Shown piece after piece: positions 9,513-20,499 of a DNA stretch of 64,000 nucleotides (positions are counted from its first letter, which is position 1; each line of letters opens with the position of its first letter). A program made the translations under genes and the position numbers. Location of the stretch: assembly GCA_963781585.1 (NCBI GenBank), contig CAWAGQ010000006.1, positions 224,001 through 288,000 of the forward strand. The letters run 5' to 3'. This DNA is from an uncultured Gemmatimonadaceae bacterium (GTDB taxonomy: Bacteria > Gemmatimonadota > Gemmatimonadetes > Gemmatimonadales > Gemmatimonadaceae). The notes under the pieces were generated by a model. It was not told where the DNA came from and ran no database searches. It was given only the letters and a program-made list of their open reading frames with translations.

Positions 9513-10436
9513 ATGAGACAACTGACCTACCGCGCGGCTGCAATGCCCTTCGTAGCGCTGCTAGCCGTAACGACGGGGTCGTGCTCAGATTCTGTATCAC
9601 GGTCAGTTAGCGAGCCATCACGGGTGTCGCTGCTCCAGAGTTCCGTCGTTGGAAATGCGGCGCGATCTGTCTCTGTGAATGGCAGCTTCCCTGTCGTATC
9701 TACGCAACTGAGTAGTCGGCCGGAAATCTCTGCGGAGCACGCTGCTTCCATTGCTGCCCTGTGGCTCAAGAGATTCAACGCGGCAGTGATCAAGCCGTTC
9801 GAACGGGATCGTGGAAGCCCCATCGCCATCAAGTCCCTACGAGCCTGCGGGCGGTACTTCTATGAGAATTCGGCTTACGAGCCGCCGTCGCCGGCGACGC
9901 CAGAATGGGTGCGGCGGGTGGCAGGAGCGCATTGGCTCATTCCGTTCTGCGCTGGGGCGGACCAGCAAATGTCTGTATCCGTCTCAGTTTACGCAGATGA
10001 CTCGTTCCGGCCCAGCGCGTCGGACGATCCGGACCCGCACGGGGTTGACTTCTTTGCTGTGGCCGTCCCAACGGGATTCGGAGCTCCTGCAGCGCCCGAG
10101 AACGTCACGATCTTCGTCGCCGCAAGAACAGGTCGGCGTATCCGCGAAATCCCCGAACTGGTATCGCGAGGTTATGGATCGGCGCCTCAGTTCGCCGTTT
10201 GGAGGGTCGTTCTTGATACCTCCGTAACCGTACGCGGGAACTCTACCGGCACCGATTACACGACGTCCGAGTTGTATGTTCGTATCGTTGACGGCTGGTC
10301 CCTAGCAATGTTCGCCGAGCGTCCGAGCGCTCAGCCTAACGAGACAGAGTATTTGCACTTGCATCCCTCCGTCATGCTGGTGCGCCGAGACCACGGCGCG
10401 CGCAACCTTGAGAGGGTGACAGTGGGGGAACAGTGA
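9513..10436 (+). CDS. Hypothetical lipoprotein
   Basis: GAGG RBS; signal MPFVALLAVTTGSC; lower-GC cargo composition. Confidence 0.7.
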   Translation: MRQLTYRAAAMPFVALLAVTTGSCSDSVSRSVSEPSRVSLLQSSVVGNAARSVSVNGSFPVVSTQLSSRPEISAEHAASIAALWLKRFNAAVIKPFERDRGSPIAIKSLRACGRYFYENSAYEPPSPATPEWVRRVAGAHWLIPFCAGADQQMSVSVSVYADDSFRPSASDDPDPHGVDFFAVAVPTGFGAPAAPENVTIFVAARTGRRIREIPELVSRGYGSAPQFAVWRVVLDTSVTVRGNSTGTDYTTSELYVRIVDGWSLAMFAERPSAQPNETEYLHLHPSVMLVRRDHGARNLERVTVGEQ

Positions 10437-12023
10437 CAATGCGTACCAGGGCGAGGACGGCTTGGCCTGAAAGAAGGTTGGTTGGACTTGTGACGCTCGT
10501 GATGTCTTCGATATCGCCGTTCGCCTGCGGTGGTGGCGGTGGAGGGCAGCATACGGCGTCGTGCGAGGCGGTCTCGGAAAATGCAGGCTGGGATTCGGTT
10601 CACACTGAATGGTTCGCGGCACCGCCGCGGTCGAGCACGTTCCGGAGCTTGTGATTCCAGCAGCGTTGCTCGGCGCTCTGGGGATAGACGCTGGCCAGCG
10701 CACCCCAGATGCCGAGATGCCCGTCCGCGATCGTGAGCCTCGGCGCCCGCAGGCCGCGGCGCTTCAGGTCGCGCAGCACGCCGGCCCAGCTCTCGGTGGA
10801 CTCCCGCTGCCCGCTGGTGACGGCCAGCACGTGCTTCTGCCCGTCTGCGTCGGCGCCGATCAGCACGAGCAGGGCCGCCTTGCCGCCCTCGAGGCCGGCC
10901 TGCACGTACACGCCGTCGGCCCAGAGGTACACGAGCTTCACCTCGGACAGATCCCGCTGCTGCCACGCGGCGTACTGCGCCTGCCAGGTCGCCTTGAGGC
11001 GCACGAGCGCGCTGGCCGAGAGCGGCGCCGCATCCCCCAGCAGGCCCCGCAGCGCCAGTTCGAAATCCCCCAACGCCAGGCCGTGCAGGTAGAGCTCGGG
11101 CAGCAGCGCGGCGACTTCCGGGGTGATGTCCGTATCTCGTTAAGGCAGTTGGCGATACGGTACCGATGGTATTCGTCATCGACGCAGACGGTATTAAGGA
11201 TTCATATACTCCCTATGTGGGCCTCGGGTATGAGATTCACGTGACGGTTCGCGATGAGCGTGGCGGAAGCTACTACAAGGTCAACACGTACTTTGTTTGG
11301 AGCGAGCACTCTCCGACCGCTGGGAAGGAACGGGCGATCTTCGTATTCGCTGTAAACGGAGCGGAACGCGTGGGCGGCGGCCCAAGCTCGGCGGACGAAG
11401 ACGACATCGAGTTCAATTTCTTCAATCCGAATCAGCTTAACGGCTACGCGCATGCACACTGGACTTGGAGTTCCGAGGTCAATCCCAGCGGTCAGGCCGA
11501 TGTGCTGGGCGCTTCAACTGTATACGTGGGTAACACAATTGAACTGAGATCATATCCCTATTGGGACACCACCGGCTATTTCTACCAATGGGGAGTCGAC
11601 GCTCAGGATGTCCCGAATGCAACTTCATCCGTCTTCTCGACGCATTTCAGCACCCAAGGGATTCGCGCGATTCGGGTCATCCACACACTCGCGGATGGTA
11701 CCACCGATACGGCCACTAAGTCGGTGACAGTTACTCTACCGCCGTTGTTGGTGGAGATACACGGTTCAAGCGAGGTCCCACCCAACATTCAGTCATGCTA
11801 CTTCTACGCATCAATCACCGGAGGTAACGGCGACTACACCTACGAATGGAAGAAGGATAACCAGTCCGTTGGCCAAAATTCACCCGATCTTTTCATTCCG
11901 ACGGGGACAACGGATTTTGCGCTATCTATTACGGTCTACGAGACCGGGTTTAGCAACGGCCAGGCTTCGCGGACAATCACGGTTTCGAGCGCGGCACCAA
12001 GCGAATCCTGTGCCCAGTCGTAG
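10433..12023 (+). pseudogene. Lipoprotein with PKD/Ig-like C-terminal domains, split by an IS256 fragment
   Basis: N-part 10433-10628 has a lipobox (PFAC). C-part 11125-12023 has Ig/PKD-like YQWGVD, ATKSVTV, GGNGDYTYEW segments. Confidence 0.65.
10629..11124 (-). mobile_element. Internal fragment of an IS256-family transposase (no termini)
   Basis: PELYLHGL, YLWADGVY, GQRESTESW, IADGHLGIW, QRCWNHKLRNVL; abrupt GC shift; no IRs seen. Confidence 0.88.
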
Positions 12024-12201
12024 CGCTACGGACGCTGAATGTGGTTCCGTCGTATTGTCGTCGCCGCAGGGCACCGAGTGGCAGACGGGGCTAACGTTCG
12101 GAGAAGAACAGCTACAACTGGAGGATCCTCGAGGTATTCGGAAATCGCCAGGTTCGAAGGCTTTTTGCAGGTGGAGCCGATCGTGGGCCGCCATTGCGGC
12201 A

Positions 12202-13044
12202 GTGGCTGGGAGAGACTGCGTCGTCGCACTTCTATGGATGGTCATCGTTCCAACCGCGTGCCGTGACCTCCTGAGCCCCACGTTTCCGGCGGAGAGTGTG
12301 GCGTTTGCCGCGCTTCCGAAATACGGTGTGTGGTGGATGCTCGTGGAAGAATGCTCTGGAACCTCGCGTGACCTGTCAGCGGTGCGCTGGTACACCGTAC
12401 CGGCTGGACGCCCGCTCTCCGTAGACGGCCGGGACGTCGACGGCATCTGGTTCAGGCAAGGCAATCGCGTAGTGCTCCACGAAGACGTCGTCGAGTCCGG
12501 GGCGTTCATTCGTCATGAGATGCTCCATGCTGTCTTGCACAGAGAGGACCATCCGAGGGACTACTTTCAGGTCCGCTGCGGCGATGTTGTGACTTGCGGG
12601 CGGGTCTGTAGCGACAATGGGCCTTATTCGGGGCCGGAGCTTCCGGGAGCCGTCGCCGTGACGCCCGACCATCTGCTTCTCACGGCGCGCCTCACACCTT
12701 CTTCTCCCAGTTTGACGGAGTTCGGCGGCCACTTCAGCGTCAGTGTTTCGGTCCAGAATCCCGATGTCACCCCTGGTCGCGTGCGACTCTGGACGCCCGA
12801 CGGTCTTTCCGCGTGCTCGTTCGGGTTTATCCTCCAACCGCGCGACGGTAGTAGCGGATACGCGTCGCAGTGCGCCATCCTCAATGACTCGGTCTTGGTC
12901 CTGGGGCCCCATGAGGACCGCACGTATGTCTTCGAAGCCGACTTCATCAACGCGGCAAGTCCATTTTCCACGGGAGAGTTTGGTCTGTCCGCGAAGTTTC
13001 TGTCGCAACAGAAGTCCGTGGATGTGGTGCAGATTCGTCCCTAA
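12202..13044 (+). CDS. Lipoprotein with zincin-like HEMLH motif
   Basis: Signal ending PTAC from the GTG at 12202 (start inferred); IRHEMLHAVL...DHP..YF...C. Confidence 0.65.
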   Translation: MAGRDCVVALLWMVIVPTACRDLLSPTFPAESVAFAALPKYGVWWMLVEECSGTSRDLSAVRWYTVPAGRPLSVDGRDVDGIWFRQGNRVVLHEDVVESGAFIRHEMLHAVLHREDHPRDYFQVRCGDVVTCGRVCSDNGPYSGPELPGAVAVTPDHLLLTARLTPSSPSLTEFGGHFSVSVSVQNPDVTPGRVRLWTPDGLSACSFGFILQPRDGSSGYASQCAILNDSVLVLGPHEDRTYVFEADFINAASPFSTGEFGLSAKFLSQQKSVDVVQIRP

Positions 13045-13198
13045 CACGTCGCCAGCGTGCCATCGACATGTATGCCGTTGCCCCACCGGTTGGCGAACTG
13101 AGGCGGATGATTGAACCGGCGCGTGCCCACCGTGGAGCCGAACGTTGACGCGTTGAGCCGGGTTCCCGGAGCGTCATCATACCTTCGATGGTGATGCC

Positions 13199-13748
13199 AT
13201 GAGCCTCATGAGACGAGGGACTTACCTCGTGTGCCTCGCGTTGGCTCTGAGTAGTCCGCTTGCCGCGGGACACGCGCAGCGTGGCAGCATTTTCCTGAGC
13301 GTCGCTGTGCGCGATGCCAGCACCGGCGAACCGCTGACCGGTGCGGAAGTCACGATCCGAGACGCCAAGCTGCAAGGTCGCACTGATTCGCTCGGCCGCG
13401 TGCTGTTCTCCAACGTGGCCGCTGTTCATCACCGAAAAGGAGATCCGGTCCGCACATTGGAGCCGGCTGTCTGATCTCATTCTGACGAAAATCCCGGGCC
13501 TGCGCGTTCGCGACATTCAGGGAGGAGGCGCGATCGCTTATAGCACTCGAGGACCCCGGTCCATTTATGGCGACCTGTGTACTATTGCGGTCTATCAGGA
13601 TGGCGTGCGGGTATCCACCGGTGAGGTGGACGTGCTCCCACTGAGCCTTCTTGCTGGCGTGGAGTACTACTCGCCCGGCTTTGTTCCAGTCCAGTATCGC
13701 ACGCTGGGAGCGGAATGCGGGGTGATGCTCCTCTGGACTATCCATTGA
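13199..13748 (+). pseudogene. Carboxypeptidase-regulatory-like + plug-like protein with an internal ~200 bp deletion/frameshift
   Basis: Two ORFs match the N- and C-parts of 25694-26494; junction near 13416. Confidence 0.8.
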
Positions 13749-13822
13749 GTCGCGGGTGAGTCGCAAACCCCCCGACGCCGCCAGGCGCTCTTCTCCCTCA
13801 AGCGGCAACATACAGGTTTCGT

Positions 13823-14469
13823 GCGGAAGTCGCCCACTCGCTCAGATTCGTCTTCCCGAGCAGAACGGCACCGGCGGCGCGCAGGCGGTCAACGATGAAC
13901 GCGTCCTTGGACGGAGTACTCGTCGCCAGCGCGAGCGAGCCCGCCGAGGTGCGCATCTTGTCGGCCGAGTCGATGTTGTCCTTGATGAGGATGGGGATGC
14001 CGTGGAGCGGGCCGCGCACGTGTCCGGCCTTGCGCTCGGCGTCGAGCGCGTCGGCGATGGTGCGCGCGTCGGGATTGAGCTCGATGACGGCGTTGACCGC
14101 GGGCCCGCGCTTATCCATCGCGTCGATGCGGGTGAGGTAGCGATCGACCAGCGCGCGTGAAGTGAGGGAGCCCCGCTCCATGGCGGTGCGGAGGTCGGCG
14201 ACGGATTGCTCGAAGAGCGTATCGCGAGCGGGGACGCCGGGTGCGGGCGCCGGTCCTGGCCGCACCGTGTCGGCGGAGTTCGCCGCGCGGCCGGTGTCGC
14301 CCGCGCGTGTGGAGCAGGCGGTGCCGGTGAGGGCGATAGCGGCGCCGGCGGCGAGGGACCGGCCGACGAAGGTGCGGCGGTCGACGGGCGCCTGGTCCGT
14401 CTGGTTGTCGTCACTCTGGGAGCTGACCGCTGATCGTCTATTGGCTGGATTTCTGGGAGCGTCAGGCAT
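13823..14469 (-). pseudogene. Amidase 5' fragment (copy 3), truncated after KTNLSEWA
   Basis: Homologous to 2015-2674; more diverged N-terminus. Confidence 0.92.
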
Positions 14470-14885
14470 TGGCGGGTTGCGCGAAGGGTTGGACACCTGG
14501 GACGCCGGTAGGCCGTGCGTCTGCTCGTGGGCGGGGGGGCGCCGCGCGCCTGTGAGCGATCGCCGAATCCCTGGCTTCAGGCGACACCAAACGTCGTCGA
14601 CGACGCGGCAGCACGCCACCCTCGTGCTCGCCTGAGACGCGAGGTGAGCACGCGGGTCCGGAGCGTCAGCGTTCCCTTTCGCGTCGGGTGATCCCGGAAC
14701 ACCCGCGGACATGTTACGTGGTGTATCGGCGTTGCCCATTGCGTGTCGGCTGTTGCTTGCCGAGCGCCCCAGACTGGAACGGTCCAATCAGGTCGCGTCG
14801 ATGGGCGGGCGCCTTTCATTAGTAAGGCGACCGTCGCCCTTCGACGGCCTCGGCAGTGGCAGACTTGGGCGATGTGAAGGCGCAG

Positions 14886-15707
14886 ATGTCGCAGTCAATC
14901 CAAAGCTCAGGTGCGGGTCGGCCGAAGGTGCTCGTCTTCTGCGCCTCCGCGCCGATGGCCGGTGCGATTCGCGAGGCGCTGGCCGGGCACTTCACGATTC
15001 GTGCGACCGACCAGTGGAGCGACGTCGAAGTCGAGGCGTCGGCAAGCGCGTGTATTGTGGTCGTCGTGCCCGGCCTGCGGCATCCCGACGTCAGGTATCA
15101 CCTTGAATCGGTCAGGACCAGCGCGCCCGACACCCCGATGGTGGTGGTGACGACGAAGGACGCTGAGAATGCGCAGGCGATCGCGGGCATGCCGGTGGAC
15201 GAGGTTGTGTGGGAGACGACTATCCGAGACCAGCTCCGGCCCGCGGTGCTTCGCGTTCTGGAGCAGTCGTACCTCGCCGTCGTCGCACGCAACGTGTTAC
15301 GCCAGGTCTCGCTCGGGCGCGACGTACGGCTTGCGATCGCGGCCGCGTGCAGGAGTCATCCTCCCCTGCAGTCCGTCGACCGGTTGGCGATGGTTTGCGG
15401 CGTGCCACGGAGCACGCTGAATGCCGCGTGGAGCAAGGCGGCACCGCCGACCCTCACTCCGAAGCTGTTCCTTCGGTGGGTTCGACTGCTGCGTGCGGTG
15501 GCGGGGAAGACCGCTCACCGCAGCTGGGAGTCGATCGCCGCCGAGCTCCAAGTCGACGTGGACACGTTGGCGCGCGATGCGACGCATGTCGCGGGTCTAC
15601 ATCTGCGGGACCTGAGCGTGGCGACGATCGACCTCCTTCGCGAGATATTCGAGGACTCTGTCCTTCGGCCGCTGGGTATTCCGGCACCGCCAGCCAAAAT
15701 GCGGTAA
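14886..15707 (+). CDS. Pseudo-receiver + AraC-like regulator (copy 3)
   Basis: Paralog of copies 1 and 2; N-terminus identical to copy 2, remainder more diverged. Confidence 0.8.
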   Translation: MSQSIQSSGAGRPKVLVFCASAPMAGAIREALAGHFTIRATDQWSDVEVEASASACIVVVVPGLRHPDVRYHLESVRTSAPDTPMVVVTTKDAENAQAIAGMPVDEVVWETTIRDQLRPAVLRVLEQSYLAVVARNVLRQVSLGRDVRLAIAAACRSHPPLQSVDRLAMVCGVPRSTLNAAWSKAAPPTLTPKLFLRWVRLLRAVAGKTAHRSWESIAAELQVDVDTLARDATHVAGLHLRDLSVATIDLLREIFEDSVLRPLGIPAPPAKMR

Positions 15708-15784
15708 AGCTGGCCAGTTTGCGGTTGACGGGTTGAGCAGGTGTGCACGATGTTGGTGCTCGCGCTCGGATTATGGTTGATGGG

Positions 15785-16347
15785 CGTCGATGCGCCGGTT
15801 TGTCGGCATCGAGCTCGCCGAAGAGATCGTCCCAGATGAGAGCACCATTCTGCGATTTCGACGGCTGTTGGAGAGGCACGACCTGGCCCAAGCGATGTTC
15901 GGCGAGAGCGGGGCGCTCCTGACGCAGCGCGGGTGCGCGTGGCGACGGGGAAGATTGTCGACGCGACGATCATCGCCGCGACGATCATCGCCGCGCCCAG
16001 CTCGACGAAGAACGCGACCGAGACGCGGGACGCGGAGATGTGGCAGACGAAAAGGGGGAAGCAGTGGTACTTCGAGATGAAGTTCCACTCCGGGACCGAT
16101 CTCAACGGGCTCGTGCATCACGCGATCGCCATCGACGCCGCGACGGCCGACATATTCTCAGTTGCCCGATATTGAGGGACGTGAGTGCGATCCCTGTGGG
16201 GACCACGCGTACCGGAAGGCGGATCATCGCGTACACTGGCAGCTGGCGGGTGGGCGCTACCGAGTGAATCGCCGTGGCACGAAGGCGAAGCCACTGGCGG
16301 ACCACCAGAAAGCGATCAACTGGTCACGCTCGCGGCGGCAGGCCTAG
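15785..16347 (+). mobile_element. Degenerate internal fragment of an IS5-family transposase
   Basis: MRRFVGIEL..VPDESTILRFRRLLE, IVDATII.APSSTKN, QTKRGKQWYFEMK, GDHAY; frameshifts and a 15-bp tandem duplication at 15963-15992. Confidence 0.85.
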
Positions 16348-16394
16348 ATGACCCACCACATTCACGGTCCCATCCTGAGCCACTTGAGGAACCA

Positions 16395-17636
16395 GTGAAA
16401 TACTCGAGTTTCATGCTCCTATCGACGATGGCCGTGATTGCGTGTTCCGACGACGCCCACCAAGCTACCGCCCCGGTGGGCCGCACAGTGATCTCGGCTC
16501 GCGAAAACATTGTTCCACCCGGGTATGTTGCGACGCCAGTTGGCCTTCTGCACAGCTCTTGCGTCCATGCGCTTGCGGCCACGGACCGCCTCGACCGAAC
16601 GGGCAACGTAGTCCACCGTGACGGTTCAGTAACGCCGACGCCCCCCTGTCTCTACCAGCCCATCAGCTCGATCGTCTCCGGTCCCGATGGCATCGTCAGC
16701 CCACGCCAAATCACCGGCCAGGGCGTCAGTCCCCAGCTGGATGGCTGGTTGGAGTTCAGCGTGGCGCTCGCCAATACCGGGCGGACCTTCCACTCCCTCG
16801 CCGCAGCCTGGACTGTACCCCAGTATCCAGTGCAAGGCTACGATAACCCGAATAAGGTGTACTTCACTTTCCCGGGCTTGGCGAACGGCTACTACATCAT
16901 CCAGCCTGTACTGTTCTACGGGAATACCGGCGAGATGGGCGGCGCTTTCTGGAGCATCGCCAGTTGGATGTGTCATACTGCCGCAGACCATTGCTGGCAT
17001 AGTCCCCCATTCGCCGTCAACGTCGGTGACCAGATTCAGGGGTCGGTGGCAGGCGACTGCGCCGGTGGATACTGCAGCTGGACAATCACCACGCACGATG
17101 AGACTAGGCAAAGAACGACCACCTTCTACGGTTGGGACTCGGACGACTATACGTGGTCAACGTCCGGCGCTGTGGAGGTGTACGCGCTGACAACCTGCGG
17201 TAACTTCCCGGCGAACGGTGTCTTCTACACGGACGTCGACATTGCTGACGACCTCGGCCAAGGGGTCCTGAGCTGGGGCCGACAGCTTCCAACAAACCCA
17301 GACCCGTCATGCGCCTTCAACGTAACGACGACCGGTTCGACGGCGAATCTCTATCACAATCCGAACCCGCCGCCCCCGCCACTGCAGGTGTCGATCGTGG
17401 GACCGAGCGAGGTTCCAGCAGATGAAGGCGGAACGTGGTCGGCCTACTTCAGCATTACTGGCACGCCGCCGTATACGTATGAGTGGTCAGGAATTCTGTC
17501 GGGTACCGAACCATCAATCACAGGGACGCCGACTACGAGTGATGACCTGATCCTGACGGTCCATGATGCTGCGGGAAACGTCGCCACGGCGTGGCAGTAT
17601 GTGACCGTGTGCCCGTCAGGACAGCGCGGCTGCTGA
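16395..17636 (+). CDS. Lipoprotein with G1 (glutamic peptidase)-like domain and C-terminal PKD/Ig domain
   Basis: GAGGA RBS + GTG; lipobox VIAC; WTVP...FPGL...IIQPVL...VNVGDQIQG...GAVEVY; Pro linker; GTPPYTYEWSG. Confidence 0.65.
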   Translation: MKYSSFMLLSTMAVIACSDDAHQATAPVGRTVISARENIVPPGYVATPVGLLHSSCVHALAATDRLDRTGNVVHRDGSVTPTPPCLYQPISSIVSGPDGIVSPRQITGQGVSPQLDGWLEFSVALANTGRTFHSLAAAWTVPQYPVQGYDNPNKVYFTFPGLANGYYIIQPVLFYGNTGEMGGAFWSIASWMCHTAADHCWHSPPFAVNVGDQIQGSVAGDCAGGYCSWTITTHDETRQRTTTFYGWDSDDYTWSTSGAVEVYALTTCGNFPANGVFYTDVDIADDLGQGVLSWGRQLPTNPDPSCAFNVTTTGSTANLYHNPNPPPPPLQVSIVGPSEVPADEGGTWSAYFSITGTPPYTYEWSGILSGTEPSITGTPTTSDDLILTVHDAAGNVATAWQYVTVCPSGQRGC

Positions 17637-17734
17637 CCCCGGCGAGTCGCTGTCCCGTCTCACCGACCGACTTCATGCCGAACTCGTTCGACAAGGGTCA
17701 CGGGCAACCACATTACTTTCAGGTGTGAGGTGCA

Positions 17735-18202
17735 ATGCGACGAAGATATCTCTCAAGTCTGGTCACGCTAGCCGTGACCTTCTCCGCCGGCGCTCCGTCA
17801 CCAGCCCTTGCACAGTATGCGGTTGCCTCGGCGGTGCCGTATTCCCTTCGTCCGCGTGTGCAGCATGATCCGTCCAGCATTAGAGCTTTTCCGGTGGCGC
17901 GTGTCCGGGGCAGCGGCCCGTCGCACCGACGGGCCATGATAATCGGGGGAATTATCGGTGGGGCCCTCGGCGGCCTTGGGGGCGCAGCCTTAAGCCGGAG
18001 TCGAGGTCGCATCGTCTGTGTGCCCAGTGGCCCGCCGTGCGTGCGCGAATCGTCTCACCCAGCCGCGTACACCGTCTGCGGGATAGCGCTCGGCGCCGGA
18101 GCCGGCGCTTGGGTCGGGTACCTTCTGACATCCACGGTCATGCCAAAGACCACTCGCCATTGGCGCCGTCCTGTACCTTTCGGCCTCCCGCCTAACTCAT
18201 GA
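17735..18202 (+). CDS. Secreted glycine-zipper-type small membrane protein
   Basis: Signal peptide; IIGGIIGGALGGLGG and GIALGAGAGAWVG segments around a Cys pair. Confidence 0.6.
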   Translation: MRRRYLSSLVTLAVTFSAGAPSPALAQYAVASAVPYSLRPRVQHDPSSIRAFPVARVRGSGPSHRRAMIIGGIIGGALGGLGGAALSRSRGRIVCVPSGPPCVRESSHPAAYTVCGIALGAGAGAWVGYLLTSTVMPKTTRHWRRPVPFGLPPNS

Positions 18203-18451
18203 AGCGCCGAGCAGTGTGGCGTGGCTCGCCAGGCGAACTCTGCAAGCACCTGCGACTGGATTGCCCCTCATTCCGGTCTCGCGGCGATTCCGCGTGCCCG
18301 CGTACAAGCGCCGCGTCCGCGGATGCCGCGCGTGTTACGACGAGTAGAGAGGCGATCTGCTCGGAAGACCTCGACCTGCGGCATGAGAGGGCAGGTCCAC
18401 GCGGCGGGGAATGTCGGGGTACTTCGCTGCCACCAAGAAAAGGCGCGATGG

Positions 18452-19582
18452 ATGCTCATGTTGTTGAGGACACACAGGCAACTTGCAACCAGTCTGCTGT
18501 GCTCGGCGCTCGGCCCAGGTCATCAAGAGCAACGGATTCCGCAATGGACGATAGTGGAACCCGCTGTCCAGCTCTTGGGCCGCGCGCCGCAAGACACGAG
18601 CCAGCAGTTCGGCGTTGTTACGGGAGGGTTTCTGGGCGCGGATGGCATGATCGCGATCGGAGACGGGGCGACAGGAAGCATTCGGTTCTTTCGCTCGCCA
18701 GGACGTCTGATTCGTAGTGTTGGCCGAACCGGAAGTGGACCGGGGGAATTCCGCGAACTGAGTTGGGTTGGTGAGTGCGGGCCGAGAGCGTTTGCCGCAT
18801 TCGACGCGCCCGCCTTGCAACTCACACGTTTCGATTCGAGTGGTCAGGTGGCGCTCGTACGCAGAGCGCCCACCCCTTTTGTGGTACTGCGACCACTCAC
18901 GTGCCGCGCCAATGGCGGTATTATCGCGGTCTTCGATTCGCCAGGAACCCTGCCTGAGCAGTCAGGAATATTTCGAACACCCGGTCTCCTGATCTCGATC
19001 GATCGAGACTTCCTCACGTCGGATACGATCGCCGTGTTCCCAGGAAGTGAACGCTACGTCTCACGAGAGGTCGGTGGCTACGGTGAGCTACCGCTGGGGC
19101 TCACCAGCTTTGCGGCCGCCGGTCCCCACGTTGCTGTCGTGGCAAGAAACGATTCGCCATGGATCAGCATCTATCAGGTGCTCTCACGGGACACGAGTCG
19201 CGTCCACGTGCCACTGACACCTCATCAGGTGACCCAGACCGAGTTTGCAGCCGCGGTGGCCGCGCGGGTTGCAGATGAGTCCACGCCGCGCGTTCGCCAG
19301 CTGCTCACTCGCGTGTATGCTTCGGCTCCGGTACCGCGAGGTGTTCGGTACCTGCGTCAGCTGGCGGTGGACGAACTCGATCAAGTCTGGATAGAGACCT
19401 GGGAAGGAACGTCGACAGATATGACCGTCTGGCTTGTTGTCGACATGCGTGGCAAGGTGCTTGGTCGAATCAAACTTCCAGCGGCGGCACGCATCCTGTA
19501 CGCAGATGGTCATGATCTTCTGTTGCGCTTGCCAGCCGCAGATGGTCCGGAGACGGTCGCGCTCTATCGCCTGCGCAAATAG
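18452..19582 (+). CDS. Secreted 6-bladed beta-propeller protein (type A paralog)
   Basis: VGRTGSGPGEF; shares LRPLTC and EVGGYGELPLG with 4629-5804; start inferred. Confidence 0.8.
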   Translation: MLMLLRTHRQLATSLLCSALGPGHQEQRIPQWTIVEPAVQLLGRAPQDTSQQFGVVTGGFLGADGMIAIGDGATGSIRFFRSPGRLIRSVGRTGSGPGEFRELSWVGECGPRAFAAFDAPALQLTRFDSSGQVALVRRAPTPFVVLRPLTCRANGGIIAVFDSPGTLPEQSGIFRTPGLLISIDRDFLTSDTIAVFPGSERYVSREVGGYGELPLGLTSFAAAGPHVAVVARNDSPWISIYQVLSRDTSRVHVPLTPHQVTQTEFAAAVAARVADESTPRVRQLLTRVYASAPVPRGVRYLRQLAVDELDQVWIETWEGTSTDMTVWLVVDMRGKVLGRIKLPAAARILYADGHDLLLRLPAADGPETVALYRLRK

Positions 19583-20117
19583 CGGCCCAGGCCCCGACTG
19601 TCCTCGCGGGCGCGGTGGTCTGGATGACGGCGATTCCGGAGCAGCTCTACCGTGCAGTGGTCCGCGCCCTCAAGCAGTCATGCCTGGAGGCCGTGGCCGG
19701 CAACGCGTTGCGCGCGGGTTCGCTCCCGCGGGACGTGCGGATCGCGATCGCCGCCGCGTGCAGGAGTCATGCTCCGGTGAACTCTGTGGAGCGCCTGGCG
19801 AAGGACTGCGGATTGTCCCCGGATACCTGTCCGGCGTCTGGAGAAGATCGGTATCGGGGAGCATCACTCCGAAGGCGTTCCTGCGGTGGATTCGATTGCT
19901 TCGCGCGGTGGCCCGGAAGACCCCGCAGCGAAGCTGGGAGTCCATCGCCGCGGAATTCGAGGTGGACGTGGACACGCTGTGGCGGGATGCGACGCAGGTG
20001 GCCGGGTTTCGGCTTCGTGACGTGAGCCTGGGAACGATCGAGGCGCTTCGCGACCGATTCCAGGATACGGTGCTCTATCTCCTGGGAATTGCTTCACCCC
20101 CGGCAAGAATGCGGTAA
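19583..20117 (+). pseudogene. AraC-like regulator copy 4 (5'-truncated, frameshift near 19820)
   Basis: AVVW...IAIAAACRSHAP...; TPKAFLRWIRLL...SWESIAAE...PPARMR*. Confidence 0.85.
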
Positions 20118-20499
20118 ACTCGCCGTCTTTGCGGTTCCGGAAGGATCGGGAAGGTACGATCGTGGTTCGCGCTTTGACGGGCGGGTGAGATCACGTCAGG
20201 TAATGCACGCCGGCGTTGAACCGTTGGTGGCGGACAGTCAGCGGCGGGAGGCAGGGACGAGCAACGATAGAATGTGCACTCACGACGATCAGGCCTGGCA
20301 CCTGCGTTGGCGCTATGGCACCTCGTACCTCCTGGATACCTCCACCTGGTGGGAGACCTCGAGGTCTGTGTAGTACGTGTAGTCTGGCGCCGTGAGGAGT
20401 GCACCATACGGGTCCGCCCAGTAGGCCGTGTACCTCCCGCATGGCAGTTGGACCCCGTCAATTGCCTGGCTCGTTATCTGGAAGGGCGCCGATGGCGGC

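Larger units (their letters stand above)
13823..15762. repeat. Head repeat copy 3
   Basis: Direct repeat of 2015-3962. Confidence 0.95.

Noticed and set aside
13040..18340. Possible integron attC sites (CCTAAC at gene ends, 13040 and 18190)
   Set aside because: No complementary GTTRRRY at a suitable distance, no repeated attC structure, and no integron integrase in the window.
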